A stretch of 63,229 bases of DNA, filler included, from Octopus bimaculoides (lineage: Eukaryota): assembly GCF_001194135.2 (NCBI RefSeq). It is 6 parts of 5 records of this genome, joined end to end, with 100 filler letters (N's around TTAATTAATTAA, not from the genome) between each part and the next. Parts side by side here need not be neighbours in the genome. Positions count along the whole stretch, not along the records: positions 1 to 24,424 come from NC_068981.1; 5 more parts are not named here. One strand, 5' to 3'. Of this stretch, positions 1 through 13,360 are shown piece after piece. A program made the translations under genes and the position numbers. Position 1 is the stretch's first letter. The number at the start of each line of letters is the position of its first letter. The notes under the pieces were generated by a model that worked only from the letters and a program-made list of their open reading frames with translations, did no database searches and was not told the origin of the DNA.

Positions 1-168
<168 letters not shown>

Positions 169-1377
169 TGAACATTATAACAACTTCTCACTTCGCATCA
201 GCATTAAACCAACTTAAATGAACTGATAAGATTGTACTGCTTCGATTTTGTTTTCCTCTTAGTTAAATTATACTTTGTGGCTCGAAGGTAGGCTCGCTCC
301 GTCACATTGGCTAACAGAGCGCCAACCCCCGTTATGAATTTGAATCTTAGTAGCTAATCAATTGGAGCGCTTACACTGTATACCTATTAGTTTAGGTAAA
401 CAGTGAACTCAACACTTCTTCTTCTGTATATATGAGTGTGTGTATCAAACTTAATGTATGCACTTTATTGATTACGTCAATTACCGCATTATTCGTCCAG
501 CGATAACATCTCTTATGGAATTACAGTGGGAAAGCACAATAATTATCAGAAAAAGAGAGAGAGGGGGGAGAGAGAGAGAGAAAGAGAGAAACAGAGAAAC
601 AGAGAGAGAGTGAAAGACAGACAGAGCGAGTGCGAACTGTAAGGGAAGAAAGAGAGAGAGACGAACATAGGTTCTAGGACCAGCTAGTGATTGCGCCAGA
701 TGAATTTTGTCATTTTGGTATCCTTTCAATTGGATGTAGTCGTGCGCAAGGAGGTCGCAAATCTGTATTCATTAGACTTCATTCCTACTGCCTAATTTCT
801 AATTTTGTACAGAGAGTAAGACTAATTGATATGGAGCCGAATCATTATATAGACGTATTGAAGCAAGTATAGCGTAGTCAAATTTGGTTTAAATATTCAG
901 GCCAAAGTAATCGCCTTCTCAATTCCTATCACCGGACTTAGCTACCCTATGGAATGTAGTAGGTGCTGATGTTCCTTTTGAGAATAAGCCATGTTTCAGA
1001 AAACAGATAGCTCACGTTATTAATGTTTCACATTCCAAATTTCGCCGCAGCACAGTTTTCTTGGATTTCTCACCAACAATCACATACAACAAAACTCTTA
1101 TCGGATGTTAAATACACGGAATCAATATTTGTAAGACAAAATGTCTCGTGGTATTGAGCGACGACGGTAGGCTGCGTATTTAAATCACAACGAATTAAAC
1201 ATTATCTTCCACTCTTTTGGCCACTCATACAGTAGTAGACGTCTACGTACTGGATCGATATGATTGAGCAACTCACAGATATGTTATATTGTATCTCGGT
1301 TCTAGGAATACTTGATCTTTCATAGTTTTTCCTTCGCATTCTTTATGAAACTCTATACAAAATTGGGGAGATATAAT

Positions 1378-1565
1378 TGCATAGCATGTGACCTGATCTG
1401 AGATCGTGTGCTGAAACAAAACAATTTCAGCGTGCAAGATGTTTATAAGCCATTTAAAAACACACAAAATCAGTTAGATTCACTTCAAAAGTTAAATTTC
1501 ATCTGTCAATATATTTTCGTCGCTTTGAGACCGCGACCTGTTCACTGACAAAATACTGTGCTGCA
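1378..1565 (+). mobile_element. Unclassified dispersed repeat, probably a MITE with long TIRs (partial copy)
   Basis: 1511-1565 recurs at 7521-7575. 1378-1436 recurs inverted at 7796-7853, consistent with an A-B-A' element. Confidence 0.6.
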
Positions 1566-2290
1566 TCTGAGAAAGTAACAGTTAGTTAATGATATGTATG
1601 TATGTATGTATGAATGAATGAATGAATGAATGTATGTATGTACGTACGTACGTACGTATGTATGTGTGCATGTAAGTATGAATGTATATATGAGTGCAAG
1701 AAAGTATGTGCATATGCATAGCTGTACATGCGTATGTATGCGTGCATGCTTATACGCATACATGCATGTAAGTACATATGTACTCATGTATACATGTGAG
1801 TTTTTAGGTAAGAATGTAGACGTGTCTGTGAGTGTGTATGTGTGTATGTACATGTGAACGTATGCGTATGTATGATATGGGCGTCTGTTCAAGCTCTATA
1901 TGTGACTGTTACTCTGTCGAAGGTTGCATATATAGATATGTGTGTGTGTGTCTCACCACTGTCTAATGGTGAATGGATACAATGTTTTATATACGTATAT
2001 GCAAATATAAATCTACCAATACATACGTACAAGCACACACAATCATATAAACACGAATAAACACTCAAATATATACGTATAAGCTTAAATTATACGCATA
2101 TATACGTTTAATCATCTACACATGCACATACACACAAGCACGCACACACGCACACACATATATGGCACTATTTTTGCAGACAATGGTTAAAATTCGAATT
2201 TTTTTTTTGTATTTTATTATACATAGACATATACATATATATGTACATACACACAAGCACACACACACACACATATATATATATATGTAT

Positions 2291-2335
<45 letters not shown>

Positions 2336-2410
2336 ATGTGTACATATATCTACACATACACTCATACGTGCATACACACACTCATACGATTATATAAAAC
2401 TACATATATG

Positions 2411-3710
2411 TATTTCTTCTGACACTTTTGTAGGGTCACATCCTGGTTTTGTTCCAGCATTTTAAGAATTCTACTTCTAAATTCTGCGTCCGTTTCGGCA
2501 GTATGACCCTGTGTAAAAATCAAGCATTCGCCATATCTGGCATTAATTCGTCCACTGATACTTCTGGCATTCCCTGTTTACTCTATCATCATATATGATG
2601 TAGTCCCCGTCTTTTATTTTACTCTATGTTCAGAAACTTCCAACGTTTCTTGAACAAGGAACTTTTTACACTGAAACTTTTACACATTATATCTATGGTA
2701 GCATTCAAATTTATGTCAAGAGATTTTCTTTGGAATACATGATCACTATATTGTTCTTGTTCATTTGCTGCCATTTTTCTTTAGTGCATTTTTATCTCGT
2801 CGTCCCAATGTTTACATTATATCTCGAAAATTTGCTCATATCTTCTGTAGTATGCTTCGAAGATAACACCTTCGTCAGGTTCGTATTAGAACTCTGTTTT
2901 GTAGTTCGTGACAGTGTAGTGAGAACACATTTTCTGACCTTCCTGACGACTTCAGTAAGTGAAGCATTTGTTGCTGTAATATTATTTGTTGTTTTTCTTC
3001 TTTCAGTTGTTGCTCTTGTTTCAGCTGTTGTTCTTGCAGTTGTAGAGCGGCTGCTGTTGTTGACTTTTCCGTTGTTGTTGGTGTTTTTGCATCTCGAGCA
3101 AACCTACCAACAAATTTTCCATACTTTTACGATTTTTCATAAATATGTACATCAATTTTATCAGTTTATTAACTCCTTTTCGAGTTTCTAGTGAACTCCA
3201 AGTGAACCGATTTATTCTCGTCGAATTTATTACTTCCTCGTAAGTTGCTTAAATCCTTGTCGCCACTGCTATAATACTTATTATGCTGGATTGTTATAAC
3301 TTCGGTGTAAGTATACTTAGTAAAACCAGTAAAGACGCCTACTACGTAATCTCATACTTCACGTACTTTTCTTTACTTATAGTGACCTGTCATTCCATTC
3401 ATCACATAGGAGGGGTGTACCATTATAAATAATCACCTATAATAATATATATCATCAGCCATCGGTGTTGTTTCCTAATGAACTGTTAAATATCTCATTT
3501 TTACATTGAAATGTTATATTACGTTCTGTATCGGAAGTACATTTAATTGTTTGTGCGCGTAAACCTTATGTGGATTTTCAGATTTATAAATTGTTATTTT
3601 GCTAATAACTGAATTCGTAGTTATGTATAAAAGAAGGCATGTCCAGATTTCTTTTATTTTGTATTCTGCTTCTTTTCCTGGAGGCATATCCGTTCTGTAA
3701 TAACTATACA
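2411..3710 (-). mobile_element. Decayed Gypsy/Ty3 (K02A2.6/Mag-like) LTR retrotransposon: putative 5' LTR (about 3710-3267), PBS, gag remnant
   Basis: Minus strand has PBS-like TGGCGACAAGGAT (3265-3253) directly after ...CA. It is followed by a Q-rich N-terminus and frameshifted gag motifs YEPDEGVIFEAYYRRYEQIF, KSSLFKKRW, RVNRECQK, CLIFTQG...DAEFRSRILKMLEQNQDVTLQK. Confidence 0.8.
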
Positions 3711-3761
3711 TTTGTTTTGTAAATGTAATATTACTTTTCGAGGCTTGTTACTCTTTGATGT

Positions 3762-4152
3762 GTGGAGACACAATGGCCCAGTGGTTAGGGCAGCGGACAC
3801 GCGGTCGTAGGAACGCGGTTTCGATTCCTAGACCGGGTTTTGTGAGTGTTTATTGAGTGAAAACACATAAAGCACCACGAGGCTCTGGCAGGGGATGGTG
3901 GCGAACCCTGCTGTGCCCTTTCACCACAACTTTCTCTCACTCTTACTTCCTGTTTCTGTTGTGCCTGCAATTCAAAGGGCCAGCCTTGTCACACTGTGTC
4001 ACGCTGAATATCCCCGAGAACTATGTTAAGGGTACACGTGTCTGGGAAGTGCTCAGTCATTTGCACGTTAATTTCACGAGCAGGCTGTTCCGTTGATTGG
4101 ATCAACTGGAACCCTAGACGTCGTAAGCGACGGAGTGCCAACAACAACAACA
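3762..4152 (+). mobile_element. Full-length tRNA-derived SINE (family B), (AAC)n tail, 12-bp TSD
   Basis: tRNA-like head (TGGCCCAGTGGTTAGG...GGTTTCGATTCC). TSD ACTCTTTGATGT at 3750-3761 and 4153-4164. Near-identical copy at 36168-36542. Confidence 0.92.
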
Positions 4153-5170
4153 ACTCTTTGATGTAAAACTACGCCATAATGGAATTTCACAAGTGTATGG
4201 TCAACTAATGTAGTGTAAATATATGTACAAGGGTACGCACATTATAATTTCAGTTGCATTAGATTAATGTAACAGATTGTAATAAAAATACTTAATATGT
4301 ACAATATATTAGTAACGTTATTGTTATAACGGTTATTTTATTTTTATGGTTATTTTCGGTGATTAACATATATCTAACATTCTAATGATAAATTGTATTT
4401 TGTGATATATTACACAATAATGACATGATTATTTATCGGTTCAGTAAATGTTTGTCGTGTAACGAGTCGAGTTATGTGTCTATGCCTACATGTATAGATA
4501 CATGCATACATACATACATACACGCACATATATATATATATATATATGTATATNNNNNNNNNNNNNNNNNNNNNNNNNNNNNNNNNNNNATATATACATA
4601 ATGATAGACAACAGAGTCCATTTGCAGCTAAATTAGCCTAAAAACTAACTATACGTCCATCTGACAAGCCAGTGTAAAAAACTAAAACAACGAGTGATGA
4701 TTATATTATCTGGTTAACGAGAAGATCATAAAATACACATTTGCTTCCGTTATTTAACTTGTAATTTCTGAAATATGATATATCAAATAGTTTTTTAATT
4801 ATTAGAACTTATCTAAAATGTGCACATTTAATACATGCCCCTAAATCTACAGTACAAAAAAAAAAATTAGATGCTTGCATGAAACAAACTGCTGAAAAAT
4901 ATGATACTCAAAGAAGAAAGATGGGGAATTTGTATACCATAATTGTAATAAGAACGAAGACAATAAAATCTGACCAGCGTATGAGAAAATTATTATCCCT
5001 TATGCATAATCGTGCCTTCATAATCCTTTCCCAAATATAAAAATACGTATGTGCTGACTTCTAAGCTGATCAACTGATTGTTGTATATGAAAGAAAAAAA
5101 ATATTCGAAAAAAAAAAAAGGTTTTTGCAAATGATTAAATGAAAAAAGATAACATACTGATAGAATTCGA

Positions 5171-6050
5171 TACGTGGTTTGATCAATAAGTATCGGGGCT
5201 GTTGCTATAGTAACGAAGAAAAAGCACGCAGAGTAAAGCCGTTCTGCACAGATTTACCGTGGACTCTGATATGCATGTGCACTAAGTTTTAACGTTCTAG
5301 ATCATTTCTGCCGTCTAGAATAGAGTATGGAAGGAAGGTGTGTAGCGTGTGATCATCGCATTGAATATGACAGAAAAAAGTTGACCAGGAAATCTGCATC
5401 ACATTTAACCAAAGTTTGGCGATACCTGCACAGAGGCATATGCAAAGTTTTCAAAAGGTTTCATCATTATCAATATAATGAAGGAGATCTTGTGCAACTA
5501 AAACCCCGAGTGTCTTTTTGCTCTGCTGAACGCAGTTTTAGAACACACTTGACAGACACGCCTGTCATACCCAAATCTTCAGTGATAATGGACTGATCTG
5601 AGTGGTAACTAATTTTCGCATCCTGTGAAAACTTAGTATGGTGATTCGACGTTTACCCCTCACAGCTGCACGCGCATCTGCGATGGTTTTATCAGTTCTA
5701 CTGGTTGTGGGTCAATATCGACATTTTTTCTGCCATCTTGGAAACGTCCAACCTACTCGAGTACTTGCATGCGGCTCATAAACTCCCCTCTATACACATT
5801 CTACGACTTTGCGTTGGCCTCTGATCAGGTGTAGCCATGACAACTTTCTCTGTCATGGTCAACGCAATGATCACACGTTACACACCTGCACTCGAAGCAC
5901 TGCTGAAAACAACGGAAATGAGCTAGTACGTCAACACTTAGTGCGCATGGGCAACAGAGTTCTTGGTCAATCTTTGCCAAGCGGCGTTACTCTGCGTACT
6001 TCAGCGTCGTTTCTATGGCAACAGTACCGATACTTATTGATCAGACTCAT
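5171..6050. mobile_element. Non-autonomous mariner derivative made of two inverted 5' halves
   Basis: TIR-like GATCAATAAGTATCGG at both ends. Decayed transposase N-terminus on + (MTEK.DQEICITF..GDTCTEAYAK) and on - (RFQDGRKNVD, RTDKTIADARAAVRGKRRITI, IITEDLGM). Confidence 0.8.
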
Positions 6051-6182
6051 TTTCCTTGAAGTATAAATGAGTTTAAACCATTATCATGTTTAGAAACTAG
6101 CACAAAAGAAAATATTTCCCGATGAAGTTTATCACATTTGGGTGTTAGTGAGTTTACCTCTACATACTTAGTCTACGATTAT

Positions 6183-6256
<74 letters not shown>

Positions 6257-6296
6257 NNNNNNNNNNNNNNNNNNNNNNNNNNNNNNNNNNNNNNNN

Positions 6297-6338
<42 letters not shown>

Positions 6339-7520
6339 TGTGTGTGCGTGTACGTGTGTGTGTGGGTGGGTGTGCGTACGTGCATGTGTGTGTGTGTGTG
6401 TTTGTAATTCCGTATGTTATGTATGCAAATTTCTAAAGCTATAACGGATGTGAATTTAAATTAAAATAGCATAAAACGTGAATTATATACAAAATTACAA
6501 AAGTACTATTCACATGCTTGTTTACTTATGCACACAATGGTTTATTACAAAATTACCACAATACACCTCCTCCCATTGGAATTGTTCGCTACATCATATG
6601 GAAAGTCTGGTATAAAAATCGATAAATATGCATTAATTAAACTAGAATAGTATATGTGAAGACACGTTCGTATTATATATGTGAAAAAATTATGTAAGTA
6701 TGTTCGAGATAAGTTTCTTTTTGTTTTGTAAATAGCTTATGCATGACCTATTTGATATTTAGTTTTGACGAAATATTGGCTAATAATTCTTTATAAATGC
6801 TTTGTAAATAAAGTAAAAGCCTCACATTGGAAGCTTATTTTATATAGCTTGAATGTATCGTAGACTAGCAAATCAGAGCTCCTACTTCTCTACTGAAACG
6901 GACAAATACACATAGATGCAGATAAAGTGAGGCAAAGACATAGTTACAGGGACGTAAACGAACCAGCGTCTATTTTCAAGCGATTGTGGAGTCCAAACAT
7001 ATGCACACTTATGAATATATATATNNNNNNNNNNNNNNNNNNNNNNNNNNNNNNNNNNNNNNNNNNNNNNNNNNNNNNNNNNNNNNNNNNNNNNNNNNNN
7101 NNNNNNNNNNNNNNNNNNNNNNNNNNNNNNNNNNNNNNNNNNNNNNNNNNNNNNNNNNNNNNNNNNNNNNNNNNNNNNNNNNNNNNNNNNNNNNNNNNNN
7201 NNNNNNNNNNNNNNNNNNNNNNNNNNNNNNNNNNNNNNNNNNNNNNNNNNNNNNNNNNNNNNNNNNNNNNNNNNNNNNNNNNNNNNNNNNNNNNNNNNNN
7301 NNNNNNNNNNNNNNNNNNNNNNNNNNNNNNNNNNNNNNNNNNNNNNNNNNNNNNNNNNNNNNNNNNNNNNNNNNNNNNNNNNNNNNNNNNNNNNNNNNNN
7401 NNNNNNNNNNNNNNNNNNNNNNNNNNNNNNNNNNNNNNNNNNNNNNNNNNNNNNNNNNNNNNNNNNNNNNNNNNNNNNNNNNNNNNNNNNNNNNNNNNNN
7501 NNNNNNNNNNNNNNNNNNNN

Positions 7521-7853
7521 ATATTTTCGTCGCTTTGAGACCGCGACCTGTTCACTGACAACATTCCGTGCTGCAATTGTTTAAAATTCCACGCTGAAAT
7601 TGTTTAAAATAAATGAGAAATGTATTAAAAAAATGTGTATAAAAATGGTTTGTAGAATCAGGCTTGATTCAGATTCCAAATGCCTTGGCTTGTATTTTCT
7701 AAAGTGTGCTGGCCTTGACAAGTGAAATATGAAAACGATGACAGTCAACCTCGAAGCAAGATATACACTGTGATTGATAACATACATCCGCCTGCCACGC
7801 TGCAGTTGTTTTCGGTCCAGCAAACGATCTCAGATCAGGTCACTTGCTATGCA
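7521..7853 (+). mobile_element. Second, gap-truncated copy of the 1378-1565 repeat family
   Basis: Shared modules in direct and inverted orientation, as noted for 1378-1565. Confidence 0.6.
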
Positions 7854-8377
7854 AGTACATCTCCGTAATCATTTATTTTATGTTATTAAAATCTCTTCTC
7901 TTTCCGTTAAGAGAATTTTCTGGTTTACATTACTTAAGTGCGAGCTTTCAATGCACGCATTTAAATTAATACTAAATGACATTCTTATTTCACTTTCTCT
8001 ACATTACTGTTCTTAATTCTTTCATAATATTATCGCATATAATTTACTTGACTTCTCTTTGTTTATATTCATTTAAATTTTCCTTCTTTTTTTAGTTAAA
8101 GTGTTGTGAATCACATGCATTTTGCCCTACTTCTAGAAATATCTTGAAGTTTGCATTTTTCTTTTTATGTTCTTCTTTTGTTTTCTTTTATTGCATTTGT
8201 TACTTTTATTTCATTTAATGCTTCTTTGTATTCTCTTCACTTCCTTTTGCGCTATATAGTCGGATCTCTTCCATACTTAACTATTTGAAGTATCTTTAAT
8301 TCATCTGATAATTTAATTTGAAATTATCGCTATGGAATTTAAAGGTCATATATATATGTGTGTGCGTGCGTGCGTGC

Positions 8378-8408
<31 letters not shown>

Positions 8409-8457
8409 TGCGTGTGTGTGTGTGTGTGTGTGTATGTGTGTGAGTGTATTCCTAGGC

Positions 8458-8488
<31 letters not shown>

Positions 8489-10540
8489 CTAAAGTGTGTA
8501 TGAATGTATCATTAAGCAGCCAGCTAGAGAGTAGTCTTTGTTCGTACACATATTCAAACGGTAAGCCGATGTAGACAAGTGAAAAAAAAATCAATTCTTC
8601 AACAGAGTAGCATCGTTTAACTTAGGCAGATTTTATAATTGACAATAGTGCATGTTTCCCTATTTTTCTTCTATTTTATGTTCCTATTTTTTAAATTTTT
8701 TATAGATGTTATTTTCCCCTATCATTAATGAGTTAAAACTCAATTCAGAATTCTTCTGATTAAGGTGCACTGCTCTAATTAATGATCTACTTTGTATAAC
8801 GATAGGTTTTATGCAGAATGATAAAGATTCTAGAGAAGTAAAACTGAATCTAATTTCTAGATATTCAATATTTACATATACTCAGGATAATTCTTTTAAA
8901 ATTATGTTAAATTGGTCATAATATCATTAATATTTGCCTAAGCTCACAGTAAAATGTTTTAAGTCTTCTGATGCTGGTAACCGATAAAAAATTACGAACA
9001 TTATGAAGTTTGTGAAAATTATGCTGGTGTTATGAATGGTGAGGGCGGGAACGTAAATATCTTTATACATAGACATGGATGGAAACATTATATGATTTAA
9101 TTATAAAACAACATTTATCAATTATAACCACCAAATGCTATTTGTTTGTGTTAATCATTGGATTATTGGCCCTATATTGAAGAATTTAATTAATAATGTT
9201 ATGAGTTGTATTACTATTCTTTTGCATTTGTTTTATATTATTTGGGTAGTTATATTTCTTTAACACAAGCAATAATGCTCATGATGTAAACGGTCGACTA
9301 TGTAAAAACATGTACCTTAATAATAATTAAACTATGCGTATTCCATATTTTTCTCCTTGAGTAGTATTGAGCCCACATTTGTTTATTCACCGTGTCATTC
9401 ATGAAGACAAAATTCTGTGATTTGATGGGAAATTAGGCAATAGTGAATCGATGAATCGCTGATTGTCTCAAGTGAAGAGACAATATGAACTTCAGTTAAC
9501 GAAGAAAACAAGGATTAGGATCAACTCAAATATATGAAAATTTACTGTAATATTCTGCAATGTAAGTTATAATACTTTCTAGGTTTTTTTCATATTTTAT
9601 TGTTCACTGAAATCAACAATATAACGCAAGTAGTGACATCATGAAACATTGAATCTCTACTCCAGCTTCCTGTATCACTGGTAGTAGTTTTAAATCCAGT
9701 ACGCAGTTATTATTTAGCTTTATGCTACCAAATACATCTAAAATTACTATGAGTATCATACATTATAATTCTAAAAAAATAATATAGTAAGCAATTTTTG
9801 GCTACATATATGCACTTACGATATTACTGTCGCCTTCCGTTGACTATTCGGTGATAAGCAATTGCGTTGACCTATGTTTAATCTCTGCAATTAACTGACA
9901 GCACTAATACTTTTTTTTATAGGCATGAACTTCCGAAAAATCCCTTTCTTGCTTCTTGTAAAATGACAGTCTTATATGTTCGATGCAATTCTATCTATAA
10001 CGTTCTGGGTATTTGCCTTAGCTCAGATATTTTTGGTGCAAAACGTAAACTCGAGACGTTATTTATATCATTTTATATCGTACATTTTCAGCAAACATGC
10101 CATTGGTTATATATTTCCAGTGGAACGCTCTTAGGTTCACTATATTAAGACTGCTGATAATAACAAGAGCGCGCTTCGAAATTCAGGTAAAAGAAAACCC
10201 AGAGGATATTTTTGTTTGAAAGCACAAGTGTATAAGTTTTCTTGTCGTCGTTTACATATTTCTTCAATAAGTATTAATATGATCATTACACATACACCCT
10301 TACACACATACATACACAAGCGCATGCACACATATAGTAAGCATTCTAAGAATTAATATATTCTACATGCATAATCCTGATGGTATTTAGCATTGGAGTT
10401 GAAGCAGGGCAAAAACCTTATTGATTCTTAATTTTCAAATGAAGATATCCCAAGTGAATAGTCGTGTAAGGGAACATGGGGGGAAATACAGACATATATA
10501 TTGCTTGATAAATATTCTTTGATACATATCGTTTGACATG

Positions 10541-10585
<45 letters not shown>

Positions 10586-10715
10586 NNNNNNNNNNNNNNN
10601 NNNNNNNNNNNNNNNNNNNNNNNNNNNNNNNNNNNNNNNNNNNNNNNNNNNNNNNNNNNNNNNNNNNCATATATATTGCTTGATAAATATTCTTTGATAC
10701 ATATCGTTTGACATG

Positions 10716-10760
<45 letters not shown>

Positions 10761-12884
10761 CCTGAGGAAAAATAATTGAGACTGGAAGATGTTGATATAA
10801 TTAGAAGGTGGAAGCACAAGAACAAAATAACGAGACCAATGCTTTATTTCTCTTATTTTTATAGTTTTATGGGTGTTTATTTTTTTCGATATTGTTGTTT
10901 CACAAAGTGATGTCTGCTCCGACAAAAACATGGATATACAGTTTTTAAAACATTTAGGACATTTGAAATTACTTTATCAAATAGCGTCACTAATTCAGAT
11001 AATACAAAGCAGTTTGAGTGCAAGGTGCTTGCTATATAAATTACGTTGACTAAACTCGTAGAAATTCTGTTAGTGCTGTAAATATCTGCTGTTGCTCTCG
11101 TTGTTGCTGCTTTGTCCTGGTTGATCGCTAAAAATATAGGCCTCTACGCGTAGGCCTATATTTCTCCATCATGTAACTCTACAATTTTGAAGGCTGACCG
11201 TCCTAATGGAGTTTTCATTTGGTGAAGTCCTATGTCATCCTTCATCAAAATGAAATCTAATCAAAGGTGCAAATGCGATGACAGACTTTCTTTATTCAAT
11301 TTTCTAAAATTGTTTGAGCTATATCTGACACATTTTTCAAGAATATATATACTAAGTGGTTTGAAAGAGAATTGGCTGCTCTTTCCTGCATACTAAGTGA
11401 CTAGTACCATTATCATTATTGATTCGTTGATACTGTAGTTAAGCAAATATGACTTGGATGAGCATCCAATAAGGGAAAAGTTTCGCATAAAAATTTACAT
11501 ACAGGACAGAATACTCGACTCTCTCTAAATTTTCCATTGTTGTAAACAGGAAGATAATGCGACACACGCCATATAAAATTATAATCATTAATATATATGT
11601 CGACAATTGACAAGATGATGATGATGGTGCTGATGCTGATGTTTATTGCGATTACACATAGCATTTGGTGTTATTGTAATGCAAAATATTATTTACTAAA
11701 GTATACAAACATGCATGAATACATATGCACTGAACTCACAGACACATACACTGAGAACATAAACACACAAGTACAAATATATGTTGCTTGTCTCGTTTTC
11801 TGTCTTCGTCTTTATGTTTTCGTTTCTCATTGTGTTTAACGTTTTTTTTTTTGTGATGTCCTGTACCCATACATGCATATATGTGTACATATAGATGTAG
11901 GTATGTATATATATATGTATGGATATATGCATATATTTATATATTATTTATGTTAGTATATATATATATATATNNNNNNNNNNNNNNNNNNNNNNNNNNN
12001 NNNNNNNNNNNNNNNNNNNNNNNNNNNNNNNNNNNNNNNNNNNNNNNNNNNNNNNNNNNNNNNNNNNNNNNNNNNNNNNNNNNNNNNNNNNNNNNNNNNN
12101 NNNNNNNNNNNNNNNNNNNNNNNNNNNNNNNNNNNNNNNNNNNNNNNNNNNNNNNNNNNNNNNNNNNNNNNNNNNNNNNNNNNNNNNNNNNNNNNNNNNN
12201 NNNNNNNNNNNNNNNNNNNNNNNNNNNNNNNNNNNNNNNNNNNNNNNNNNNNNNNNNNNNNNNNNNNNNNNNNNNNNNNNNNNNNNNNNNNNNNNNNNNN
12301 NNNNNNNNNNNNNNNNNNNNNNNNNNNNNNNNNNNNNNNNNNNNNNNNNNNNNNNNNNNNNNNNNNNNNNNNNNNNNNNNNNNNNNNNNNNNNNNNNNNN
12401 NNNNNNNNNNNNNNNNNNNNNNNNNNNNNNNNNNNNNNNNNNNNNNNNNNNNNNNNNNNNNNNNNNNNNNNNNNNNNNNNNNNNNNNNNNNNNNNNNNNN
12501 NNNNNNNNNNNNNNNNNNNNNNNNNNNNNNNNNNNNNNNNNNNNNNNNNNNNNNNNNNNNNNNNNNNNNNNNNNNNNNNNNNNNNNNNNNNNNNNNNNNN
12601 NNNNNNNNNNNNNNNNNNNNNNNNNNNNNNNNNNNNNNNNNNNNNNNNNNNNNNNNNNNNNNNNNNNNNNNNNNNNNNNNNNNNNNNNNNNNNNNNNNNN
12701 NNNNNNNNNNNNNNNNNNNNNNNNNNNNNNNNNNNNNNNNNNNNNNNNNNNNNNNNNNNNNNNNNNNNNNNNNNNNNNNNNNNNNNNNNNNNNNNNNNNN
12801 NNNNNNNNNNNNNNNNNNNNNNNNNNNNNNNNNNNNNNNNNNNNNNNNNNNNNNNNNNNATATATATATATATATATATATATA

Positions 12885-12920
<36 letters not shown>

Positions 12921-13327
12921 TGTGTGTGTGTCTCTGTGTTTGTGTGTGTATGTGTGCGTGTTTGTATTTATGTATACGTATATATTGGAATGAATAGAAC
13001 GTTGTGAACAATATAACTCAGTATATCACGTGTCATTCCAATGAGTTTCTGAAATATAAGGAGATGGAAATATTAAATAGAAATATGCAACGTGCTACGC
13101 AATTTATTATTTCATGCATGAATTGAAATGTATACAATTTATAAACTCTTCAAATTGTTTAAACATTAGAAAATATAATCAAATTTTTGAAACCTAACAT
13201 AAAAGTATCCCTGAGCCATTTCCATGTCTTATACCGCATTGGAATTGCTGAATTCCATAAAATATATTGCTCTTCGTGTAAGCATATGCATGCATTGCAT
13301 ACATACATACAAACATACATACATACA

Positions 13328-13360
<33 letters not shown>

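Noticed and set aside
2857-2885. Hammerhead-like CTGACGA...CGAAG on the minus strand
   Set aside because: Lacks GAAA and stems I/III; it is gag coding sequence (EPDEGVIFEA).
2792-3103. Mucin-like terminal exon (VCSRCK...Thr-rich) of a host gene
   Set aside because: The overlapping frames are the Q-rich N-terminus and conserved motifs of Gypsy gag, next to a PBS and LTR. The TE explanation is sufficient.
3190-3711. Apparent small minus-strand exons (VFTGFTKY..., TDMPPGKEAEY...)
   Set aside because: They fall in the putative LTR and leader of the Gypsy remnant.
10492-10759. Direct repeat of about 90 bp on both sides of an N gap
   Set aside because: Typical overlap or negative-gap assembly artefact.
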